This document shows positions 1-8,197 of a DNA stretch of 64,000 nucleotides, piece by piece. The notes beneath the pieces were generated by a model. The model was given only the letters and a program-made list of their open reading frames with translations, was not told the origin of the DNA and made no database searches. Position 1 is the stretch's first letter. Every line of letters starts with the position of its first letter. Position numbers and translations under genes: made by a program. Origin of the DNA: Patescibacteria group bacterium UBA6489 (GTDB taxonomy: Bacteria; Patescibacteriota; Gracilibacteria; BD1-5; UBA6164). Location of the stretch: contig DJMN01000007.1 in the NCBI GenBank assembly GCA_002435385.1, positions 10,695 to 74,694 on the forward strand. The letters are read 5' to 3'.

Positions 1-2
1 TA

Positions 3-569
3 TGATGATCAATATGAAACTTTGAGTCTGATGAAAATCTTCAGTGTTGTGAATGATTAACTCCAGTTATTCCAAAATGATTTAATCCAGAGATGCCTTT
101 ACTAGATTCTCCATCTATATGTATAAAAAAATGAGATTGAGTTTGTGATGATAAATATGAAGATAGCTATAATTCTCCAGAGGATTGCAAAGAACAAAAA
201 GTATGTACTACAGATTATACTCCTGTTTGTTGAAGAGAAAAAATACTTTGTGAGATGGATTGATGCTGAGTAAACTTACCTAAAACATACTCTAATATGT
301 GTAAATTAGAAAATGATAATGCAATGTTTTTATATAATTGAGAATGTATAGAAGAGTGAGTTAAAGATAAAATAGATTCTATTATGTTAAAGCTAGAAGA
401 TAGGATTAAATCTACTGATAATACTATAGAAGAAAAAGTATGAATAATAGATAATTTAATAGATAAATTTAATGAGTTCTTAAACAAGACACCTAAATAT
501 TCATCAATAATCAATTATATTATAAATAGATTAGAAGAGATTATTTCATCTTTATATGGATTAGAATAA
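3..569 (+). CDS. Cys-rich secreted protein with Kazal-type inhibitor-like domain (5' end outside window)
   Basis: The frame is open from the window edge when TGA=Gly. CTTDYTPVCG...KTYSNMCKLENDNAMFLYNGEC resembles the Kazal core (PVCG, TYxNxC). TAA at 567-569. Confidence 0.5.
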
Positions 570-578
570 ATCTGTAAA

Positions 579-1577
579 TTAAAAATTATCCAATTTATAT
601 TCATCCCCTTCAGTAAAAACAGATATTCAATTATCTGTTTTTATTATTTTATCTATTTCTAAATCTGTCTCATAAATTATATCTCTATCCTTTGTTTCAG
701 GATTATATTTTATAACAAGGTTATTTCTTTTGTTTTCCCATCAGAAATTTTTCAGCTTTTTCTCTTCTCATTCATAGATAACTCAAATATATCATTCATT
801 TATATAAACAAAATCTTTAAACATATAAAAGTATTCAATACTATCTTTTTGGTAGTTATAAATGAAAGCTCATTTATCTGTTACAAAAATGAAACTATTA
901 TCATCTATTCATGATTTAGCATATGATATTTTAGGTGTTATTTCTAGTTTTCTTTTTGTGAAATTAATAGTATTTATCAAATATTTATTTTCTCAAAGAG
1001 TTAGCAATACATAATCAGAACCATAAACCTTTTCCATAAAAATTTTATCTTTTTCCACTTTTGAAAAAGTTCACAAATTACTTTCACCTAAAGATAAAAT
1101 TAGCCCTTCATAGTTAAGTTCAAAATAAAATTTTAGATTTTCTCATAGATTATGATAAGAATAGTATTTCTTTTTATTCATAAGATCTTCAGCTTTTTCT
1201 TGAACAGTCTTTTCTACTCAATCTGTTTCAACCTTTTCCAATTTATTTAATAATGTATCTTTTTCTAACTCTATACTAACTTCAAATTTATTTCTAGCAG
1301 GAATTTCTATATATTTTTCCACTTTCTTATAACCCTCTTTTGAAATTGATAACTTATATTCTAAAGGAGCCAAATCCTTTATAGTACATACATTTTCTTT
1401 ACAATTATAAGTAGCAAATTTTCATATACTTATTTTTTCTAAATACACCTCATATTCTGGAACATTAGAGTTTATAATCAAACTAGATGTATAGTAAACA
1501 AAGAAGTATAAATGTACCAAAAAACCAAAAGCAATAACTCAAATAAAGATTAAAATTCAAAGCACTCTATTAGACAT
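579..1577 (-). CDS. hypothetical membrane-anchored protein (332 aa)
   Basis: ATG at 1577 and TAA at 579-581, in frame only if in-frame TGA are read through. N-terminal hydrophobic helix. No recognised domain. Confidence 0.45.
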
Positions 1578-1696
1578 TTTTCATGAAATTATAAAATTAT
1601 ATGAAAATGATTATAATCTTTGATATCTAATTTGCAATTTAATAATTTCTTTATATCCTTTATAGAAATTATTTTATACTTATAACCTAGAAACAA

Positions 1697-2542
1697 GTGA
1701 GAATTGATTGAAAAAAGATAACAAGTTCTATTTATAGCAAAATAAAAAAAGAAATAGAATCATTAGATAAGAAACCTATACTATGAGTTATATTGGTTTG
1801 AAAAAATCCAGTTAGTCTTAGATATATAAAACAAAAAGAAAGACTAGCTACTTTTTGTGGTATGTGATTTGCTCTAAAACAGTTAGACCACAACATACCA
1901 GAGAAAAAACTTATAGAGACAATAGAAGAGTTCAATAACGATAGAAATGTAAGTTGATACATAGTACAATTACCACTACCAAAACATATAGATACAAAAA
2001 AGATATTGAGAACAATAAACCCAAATAAAGATGTAGATGGTTTCAGTCCTGAAAATGTAGGAAAAGTTATGATCTGAGATAATACAGGTTTTATACCATG
2101 TACTCCATTATGAATAATAGAAATAATAAAATACCTAGACATAAACCCAGAATGAAAAAATATAACAGTAATAGGGAAGAGTAATATAGTCTGAAAACCA
2201 ATCGCAGCATTACTGATGAATGCATGAGCTACTGTTACAGTCTGCAATAGCAAAACAAGAGATATTAGATCTTTCACAAGTGGTGCAGATATAGTAATAT
2301 GTGCAGCAGGAAAGCCAAATCTTTTGACTTTAGATATGATAAAAATGGATACAGTAGTTATTGATGTATGATTCACTATTGTTGATTGAAAAATTTTATG
2401 AGATGCAGACTTTGAAAACATAGATATTGCAGGAGTACAAATAACTCCAGTACCTTTTGGAGTATGACCACTAACAGTTGCGATGCTTATGAAAAATACT
2501 CTAAAGGCCTATAAAAAAGCTAATATAGGGATAAAATCTTAA
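1697..2542 (+). CDS. folD: bifunctional methylenetetrahydrofolate dehydrogenase/cyclohydrolase
   Basis: GTG start. The translation (TGA=Gly) gives RIDGKKI..., [24 protein letters not shown] and PVPFGVGPLTVAML, which are typical FolD motifs. TAA at 2540-2542. Confidence 0.85.
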
Positions 2543-2557
2543 TAAAAAGAGAAATTA

Positions 2558-2660
2558 AGAAATTAGAGAAATAATAATAAAACGAACTGTTAGAAGATTT
2601 ATACTAAGATTAATTGTAGAAAATCTTCTCCTGTGAGTGTATTATTTTTATCTAATTTCT
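2558..2660 (+). repeat. structured ~105-nt intergenic element, copy A (subfamily 1)
   Basis: About 90% identical to 44793-44896. Long outer stem (agaaattagagaaataataata / tattatttttatctaatttct), inner stem agaagattt/aaatcttct, and conserved internal and apical loops. Confidence 0.8.
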
Positions 2661-2697
2661 TGGGTTTATTTAATTTTTGTTCCATAACAAAAAAAAG

Positions 2698-2943
2698 ATG
2701 TCTAAAAAAAATAATAATATAAAAATATTTATTTCTTCTATACTTATAGTATTAGCATTTTTCTTGTGATATCTCTTTAGTGAAAATAAAACAAAATCTA
2801 AAATAGAACAACTAGAAAATAAAGAAAGTTATGTAAGTATAGAAAGAAAAGGGAAGAATGTAAATATAACAAATATAAATGAAAATATTATTTTGTTATT
2901 AGACTGAAAAGAGGTAGAATCAGGGGAAATAACACTAGAATAA
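2698..2943 (+). CDS. small membrane-anchored protein (81 aa)
   Basis: ATG..TAA in frame with two read-through TGA. One N-terminal TM helix. Confidence 0.35.
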
Positions 2944-3021
2944 ACACATTTTTAAAGAAAATAGAAAAAAATTTTGACTTTAGAAAGTTTTTTAATAAGA
3001 TATCTCTCGCATAGTTGATAT

Positions 3022-3098
3022 GCGGGTGTAGCTCAATTGGCTAGAGCATCTGCCTTCCAAGCAGAGGGTTGTGGGTTCGAGTCCCATCACCCGCTCCA
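3022..3098 (+). tRNA. tRNA-Gly (anticodon UCC)
   Basis: Hand-folded cloverleaf: acceptor gcgggtg/cacccgc, anticodon stem tctgc/gcaga, loop cTTCCaa, T-loop ttcgagt, encoded CCA. Confidence 0.9.
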
Positions 3099-3193
3099 TT
3101 TTCTTAGAAGATAGGAGTGAGTAAAAGTAGAAAGTAGAAAGTTTAGAACAGTACTTTCTAATAGAAATCTACTTTTTTTTGTTTATCTTCTTT

Positions 3194-3270
3194 GGGCGTA
3201 TAGCTCAGCTGGTTAGAGCGCACGACTGATAATCGTGAGGTCGGTGGTTCAAGTCCACCTATGCCCACCA
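3194..3270 (+). tRNA. tRNA-Ile (anticodon GAU)
   Basis: Acceptor gggcgta/tatgccc, anticodon stem cacga/tcgtg, loop ctGATaa, T-loop ttcaagt, encoded CCA. Confidence 0.9.
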
Positions 3271-3368
3271 TTTTAAGTTTCTCTTACGATAAGCGATAAC
3301 GAATCGGAAGGAAAGTTACATCGAGTAAACAAATGCGAATGAGATGGAGAGAATAACTATATTTTTTT

Positions 3369-3445
3369 CGGGAACTGGCGCAATCGGCTAGCGCACACGC
3401 TTTGGGAGCGTGGGGTTAAGAGTTCGAGTCTCTTGTTCCCGACCA
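3369..3445 (+). tRNA. tRNA-Pro (anticodon UGG)
   Basis: Acceptor cgggaac/gttcccg, anticodon stem cacgc/gcgtg, loop ttTGGga, T-loop ttcgagt, encoded CCA. Confidence 0.9.
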
Positions 3446-3501
3446 TACATGAAAAACTGATGAACTTCAATATTTCTATTTTGATATTGAAATTTTAATA
3501 A

Positions 3502-3546
3502 AAAGATAAAAGCACTAGATTTAATCTAGTGCTTTTATCTTTTCTA
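3502..3546 (+). terminator. rho-independent terminator after the tRNA cluster
   Basis: Perfect 19-bp stem aaagataaaagcactagat / atctagtgcttttatcttt with a 3-nt loop, followed by a T-run. Confidence 0.7.
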
Positions 3547-3643
3547 GTTTTTCTAAAAAACTTGGCATAATAGAAAAAAAAAGGGGGCTAAAATAAAGAG
3601 TATTTGGTAATATAAAGCCATATACTCTTTAACTTTTAGAACC

Positions 3644-3796
3644 ATGAATAAAAGTTACACAAAAAAATGTAAAAAATTTAGTTCATCAGAAATCAAAAAA
3701 GATTGATTTAAAAGATGAAAACAAAGATATAAATGTAAGTGTTGCTGACATGTATTTCAAAATAAAACAAGGAAAGCAAAGAATAGATATAAATAA
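3644..3796 (+). CDS. zinc-ribbon ORF of the IS (InsA-like N-terminal module), overlaps the transposase frame
   Basis: The 50-aa ORF contains ...GKQRYKCKCCGHVF, the QRYxCxxC motif typical of IS1/IS1595 transposase N-termini. It is offset +1 relative to the DDE frame. Confidence 0.4.
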
Positions 3797-4580
3797 GCTG
3801 TATAATAATTATTGTTTATGAAAACAAACCTATGAACAACTATCAGAAACATACTGAATATCAATAAAAACAGTTCAATCTAAACTAGATAAATATCAGA
3901 TACAAATACCACGAGTAAAAGTTCAAGAAGTAATTTTAGTAATAGATACAACATACTTTGGAGAATTTTGAGTTATGGTATTTAAAGATGCTTACAGAAA
4001 TAAAAATCTGCATATAAATATAGTAGATAGTGAGAATAATACTGATTACAAAAACTGAGTTAGAGAACTAGAAAAAGCTCGATGGATAATTAAAGCTATA
4101 GTTTGTGATTGAAGAAGATGATTACTTACTTGATTTGATAATATTCCTACTCAGATGTGTGATTTTCATCAAGTAGCGATAGTAAGAAGATATATAACTA
4201 AGAAACCTATTTTAGAAGCAAATAAGGCATTAAATTGGATAGCTAGATTACTTGTTAATACAGACAAAGAAACTTTTACTTATTATTTAGATTTATATTG
4301 AGAAAAATACTGAGATTTTCTTAAAGAAAGAAAATTAAATTCTAAGTGAAAACTTGAGTATATTCATAAAAGAACTAAATCTGCTTATTTTTCTTTAAAA
4401 AATAATTTGAAATATCTATTTACTTATTATGATTATATGTGACAGATAGATATTCCAAATACTACTAACTGATTAGAATGAATTTTCGGTCATTTTAAGG
4501 CTAATGTTAGCTTACATAGATGATCAAAAAAAGAGAGAAAAATTAAATTAATTTTATCTCTTTTATACGGAAAAATTTAA
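3750..4580 (+). CDS. DDE transposase (HTH + DDE; IS1/IS1595-like)
   Basis: With TGA=Gly: HTH QTYEQLSETYGISIKTVQSKL, VLVIDTTYFGEFGVMVFKD, IVCDGRRGL and NTTNGLEGIFGHFK (D, D, E region). It has many in-frame TGA, so it is adapted to the host code. The frame is also open upstream to 3633. Confidence 0.65.
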
Positions 4581-4625
4581 ACTTCTCAGCCACTCATTTT
4601 TTTCTATTATGCCAAACAAATCAAC

Positions 4626-4659
4626 AAAAAACTCACTAGTATCACTAGTGAGTTTTTTA
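4626..4659. terminator. bidirectional terminator between the IS and the island
   Basis: aaaaa-actcactagt-atc-actagtgagt-tttttt: perfect 10-bp stem flanked by an A-run and a T-run. Confidence 0.7.
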
Positions 4660-4672
4660 TATTTTACTCCTT

Positions 4673-6289
4673 TTATGTTAAATGTTTGTATGTAGAATAC
4701 TCAACTGCATGACGAGTTTGCTCTTTGCGGGCATCTTCAGCAATCAAGAAATTCACATTTTGCATGACGTCTGAGAGGTTTACATCTTCAGGGGATTCGC
4801 TAATGGCTCTTTCAGCAGCAACCTCAGCAATTGCATCGCGTAGGTTACTATTTGAAAGACCATGAGTTACGTCCAGAAATTTATCTTTTTCAGAGTTGTG
4901 AACCACTATGTCAAAGTGGTCAAACATCCTTTTAATAAATTCCCATTTATCATCCCCATCCAAATCAAGAATTGGAATTTTGATTTCAACACGACGTTGG
5001 AAATCGGTAGGTAAGTTTTGAGGACGTGAGGTATTAAAAACCCAATGGATTTTACCTCTATCACTATCGTCTCCCATCCAATCTAGTAATACTCCCATCA
5101 GTTCACGGTCAGTTTGATGATTATTATCATTTTCTGGATCAGCAAACATTGTGTCTGCTTCGGTTTTGACCAAAATCACCTTTCCAAAGCTTCGTACAAT
5201 CCGCTTCAATTTCTCTACAATTTCAAGGGTTTCTCCATACCATTTAGATTTGAGATTCCCTATTTTTAATGCAGGAAGATGGACTTCATGGATAAAAGCT
5301 TCAAGAATATAATCTTTTCCAACACCAGTTGGCCCAGTAAACATCAAACCTTTCCATATGAGCTTTTTATCACTTAAAAACATTCGTTTTTTCAGTTTAT
5401 CCAGCTCTTTTTTTATTTTTTCATATCCGATTACTGCATCATATCCATGACTAGTTTCCATTACAGAAACTTTTCCAGCCATATTCCTTGATATGATTGT
5501 TGAAACCTCATTACTAATATTTTCCTTAATACTTGAGCTATCTTCCTTGAGAATTGATTTTAAATTCGTCAAAGATATACCAGCAGATAGTAAGGAAATT
5601 TCAGCTATGAGTGCTTGATCAAACTCTCTATGATATTTTTCTGAAAAATATTCAATAAATCTGAGTCTTTCCAGTTGATCAGGGAGATTGAGTTCGATAT
5701 TTTCAAGGGTTGGAATATCTCTGATATCCTCATTGAGCGCGTAGAAATTTTTTGACAGCATAACAACCATGTTATTACTTGATACGAAATCTGAGCTTTC
5801 AAAAATTTCTCGTGCAGAAGAAATAATGAGTTTTTCATCCAAACCCATCTGATTGATGGGTTTGTTTGGAAAAATGATATCAGCATCTTCGATGATGATA
5901 ATCAGGTTTTTTACGTCTTTTTTCAGCTTTTTAAGTCTTGCATACTCCTCTAGAAGGGTTTTAATATGGTGAAGTCCAGAAACAATGTTATACTTTGAAT
6001 CAGCATAATCAAGACCAAAAATGAGCTTGTGTTTTTGTTCCAAGTCTTTATCATATGAGAAAAATTCTTGTTTATGGTAATCGCTTGAATAGCGAAAACC
6101 ACGAGATGGAGAATATAATACAACATGATTATTTTCTCCAAACTTTTGAACAAGAAGTTCACTTGGTTTATTTTCAGATATTTCATTGTTTTGTTCAACG
6201 AGGATAATATCTGAGATATTTCCAGTGACAGTAAAAATGTTACTAATATTTTTACTGTATAGATCAATAAGGTTTTGTAAAAAATTCAT
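4673..6289 (-). CDS. tandem AAA+ ATPase, classic (Vps4/Cdc48-like) clade, with non-canonical Walker motifs
   Basis: 538-aa TGA-free ORF. The C-terminal module has GPTGVGKD, LKSKWYGET, VILVKTEAD and NTSRPQNLPTDFQRRVE. The N-terminal half looks like a degenerate AAA domain (TGNISD, NLIIIIEDAD, IELNLPDQLERL). GGAG lies 8 nt upstream. TAA stop. Confidence 0.75.
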   Translation of the reverse strand: MNFLQNLIDLYSKNISNIFTVTGNISDIILVEQNNEISENKPSELLVQKFGENNHVVLYSPSRGFRYSSDYHKQEFFSYDKDLEQKHKLIFGLDYADSKYNIVSGLHHIKTLLEEYARLKKLKKDVKNLIIIIEDADIIFPNKPINQMGLDEKLIISSAREIFESSDFVSSNNMVVMLSKNFYALNEDIRDIPTLENIELNLPDQLERLRFIEYFSEKYHREFDQALIAEISLLSAGISLTNLKSILKEDSSSIKENISNEVSTIISRNMAGKVSVMETSHGYDAVIGYEKIKKELDKLKKRMFLSDKKLIWKGLMFTGPTGVGKDYILEAFIHEVHLPALKIGNLKSKWYGETLEIVEKLKRIVRSFGKVILVKTEADTMFADPENDNNHQTDRELMGVLLDWMGDDSDRGKIHWVFNTSRPQNLPTDFQRRVEIKIPILDLDGDDKWEFIKRMFDHFDIVVHNSEKDKFLDVTHGLSNSNLRDAIAEVAAERAISESPEDVNLSDVMQNVNFLIAEDARKEQTRHAVEYSTYKHLT

Positions 6290-6305
6290 ATTATTTTCTC
6301 CATTT

Positions 6306-6323
6306 CCCCATCATATGATGGGG
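6306..6323 (-). promoter_or_regulatory. perfect 18-nt palindrome just upstream of the AAA+ RBS
   Basis: ccccatcatatgatgggg. On the minus-strand mRNA it follows a U-run and lies 16 nt before the ATG, so it may be an intercistronic stabiliser or processing hairpin. Confidence 0.4.
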
Positions 6324-6339
6324 AAAAAAAGTGGTTGAG

Positions 6340-7242
6340 TTACTTCGCTGATTTGATGCTATCAGGATGATTGAGACTAAAATCCGATACCGGTTGTCTT
6401 ACATCTTCCTGGAAACACTCATAATCAGCCTTTTTTATCCATGTTTCCGTTTCTGGATGAAACATTCTGTCGCGCATGGATATCTCTTGACCCAAGAGTG
6501 GGTGAGCTTCATCAAAGGCAATTTTTGCACCTATATGCTCACCACCGTCATAATATCTGGTGAGAGCAATAAGTCGTGTTGCCAGTGCTGGAACATCTCC
6601 ATTGAGGTCGTGAGTCACAAACAATACAGTAATATTATGTTCGTGTTGGATTTTAACCAGACTTTTTCTGAGATCCATTTTGGTAATAGGATCGAGAGCA
6701 GAAAATGCTTCATCCATCAAAATCACTTTGGGTTTCATGATTAGTGCCGCAACGATGGCAACCCTCTGTTTTTGACCACCTGAGAGTTCAAAAGGATATT
6801 TATCCGCATGTTTTTCCATGTCAACCATTTTCAGGTATTCCATAGCTTGCTCGCGTACTTGCCTCATATATGGAGTATGAAGTTTGAAAAAGCTAAGTAT
6901 GTCATAGAAAACATTTTGGACGAATGGAGTGGAATCAAGAATAACCCCCTGCATTATATTTTGAACTGCTGTCATATTGGGAAACAAGGAATAGTCTTGT
7001 GGAACATAACCAATATGCCTATTTGGACCTTTTAGCAGATCTTCATCTACATGTATGAGACCTGAGATAGGCTTTTCTACACCAAGGATTTGGCGTAGAA
7101 GTGAAGATTTTCCAGCACCAGATGGACCAACGATACAAACAAGCTCTCCTTCACGAACATCTAGGTTAATATCATGAAGGATTACTTTTTCACTGTAAGT
7201 GACGTTCATGCCTCTTACTTTGATAAGAACATCTTTTTCCAT
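6340..7242 (-). CDS. ABC transporter ATP-binding protein (NitT/TauT family-like)
   Basis: GPSGAGKSS (Walker A), LSGGQKQRVAIVAAL (signature), ILMDEAFSALD (Walker B), VTHD (H-loop), and a C-terminal extension of about 60 aa. TAA stop. Confidence 0.9.
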   Translation of the reverse strand: MEKDVLIKVRGMNVTYSEKVILHDINLDVREGELVCIVGPSGAGKSSLLRQILGVEKPISGLIHVDEDLLKGPNRHIGYVPQDYSLFPNMTAVQNIMQGVILDSTPFVQNVFYDILSFFKLHTPYMRQVREQAMEYLKMVDMEKHADKYPFELSGGQKQRVAIVAALIMKPKVILMDEAFSALDPITKMDLRKSLVKIQHEHNITVLFVTHDLNGDVPALATRLIALTRYYDGGEHIGAKIAFDEAHPLLGQEISMRDRMFHPETETWIKKADYECFQEDVRQPVSDFSLNHPDSIKSAK

Positions 7243-7248
7243 AGATAT

Positions 7249-8166
7249 TTACCCCTTTTGATACCAGCGATACTTATACTTGATGACTAACTCAATACCA
7301 AAATAAAAAATCAAGGCAAGGATCGTAACAATCAAAATATAAGGTATGATGATATCATGTGCCATAAAACGTTTCAGAAGAAAGGTTCGAAAACCTAAGC
7401 CAGCTTGAACCCCAAGTGTTTCAGCAAAATATACACCAACCCAAGCCATAGGGAGACTCATTTGAAGTGATTTCAATATACCTGGGATAATCATTTTAAA
7501 ATTCCCCTTGGCAATTTCGAGTTCACTGGCTCCTTTGGTAAAGAATTGGGTATTCAGATTGAGAGGAATTCCTTTGAGTTGATGTACTATATCTTTAGTT
7601 AAAACAAAAAACAAAAAGATAAAGATGATTACTACTGAAAGTTCAAATCCAGGAGTAAAAGCAACAAAAAGGAGTGGAACAGTTGCAGGCGGAGGGATAA
7701 TACTTGCAATATTTATCGTGGGCATGATTATCGCCTCGATAATTGGAAAAGTTCCTGCAAGGATTCCAAACAGTATTGCTACTGCTGTGGTAATCAAAAT
7801 TCCAGAAACCAAAATATTCAAAGATGATTTTACATCAGTAAAAGTTTTTGGCTCACCAGTTTTTCTATCATTTTTTGTTGAATACTCAACAATCCCATCC
7901 CACATTCTTGAATAAGTAGGTAAAATCTTGTAAAGAGATCGTACCTCTTTTTCATAAGCTGTTAATTCTTGTCTTGGTTTATCAATAGCATTGTTATATA
8001 CTCCATCAATTTCCATAGACTTGAAGTGATACCACGATATAATGAGTACTATTGGTAATAACCCAAGTAGTACTTTTTGCCATAGTAGTAGCTTAGCCCT
8101 ATTACCAATAATATATCTCACTTTTGTTTCTCCGAAAATGAAAAGGTGGAGGTTTAAACCCTCCAC
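7249..8166 (-). CDS. ABC transporter permease (NitT/TauT family-like)
   Basis: Multi-TM ORF 6 nt upstream of the ATPase gene. The ORF-track start at 8166 is GTG and lies inside a hairpin. A likelier start is GTG 8121, preceded by GGAG. Confidence 0.8.
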   Translation of the reverse strand: MEGLNLHLFIFGETKVRYIIGNRAKLLLWQKVLLGLLPIVLIISWYHFKSMEIDGVYNNAIDKPRQELTAYEKEVRSLYKILPTYSRMWDGIVEYSTKNDRKTGEPKTFTDVKSSLNILVSGILITTAVAILFGILAGTFPIIEAIIMPTINIASIIPPPATVPLLFVAFTPGFELSVVIIFIFLFFVLTKDIVHQLKGIPLNLNTQFFTKGASELEIAKGNFKMIIPGILKSLQMSLPMAWVGVYFAETLGVQAGLGFRTFLLKRFMAHDIIIPYILIVTILALIFYFGIELVIKYKYRWYQKG

Positions 8167-8167
8167 C
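8145..8167 (-). terminator. intra-operon attenuator/terminator hairpin between the binding-protein and permease genes
   Basis: ggtggagg-tttaaac-cctccacc (8-bp GC-rich stem). On the minus strand it is followed by cttttcattttc. Confidence 0.5.
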
Positions 8168-8197
8168 TCTTTTATTACACGAAACGATATAACCTAC

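Larger units (their letters stand above)
3562..4615 (+). mobile_element. IS element (IS1-like organisation) with 19-bp perfect terminal inverted repeats
   Basis: IRL ttggcataatagaaaaaaa (3562-3580) is the exact reverse complement of IRR tttttttctattatgccaa (4597-4615). The repeats enclose the transposase ORFs. Confidence 0.75.

Noticed and set aside
1732-2421. 229-aa minus-strand ORF from the ORF track. Similar long antisense ORFs occur at 17596..18102, 47738..48214, 59191..59538, 59841..60098 and 62869..63159.
   Set aside because: Each lies antisense to a plus-strand gene that yields a conserved protein (FolD, IMPase, the rhodanese protein, DapF, LysA, the esterase) when TGA=Gly. Low-complexity translations of this kind are typical of AT-rich shadow frames.
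3271-3368. The somewhat GC-richer 98-nt spacer between tRNA-Ile and tRNA-Pro as a hidden tRNA or small RNA
   Set aside because: I could not fold it into a cloverleaf or any other convincing structure, and no repeat of it occurs in the window.
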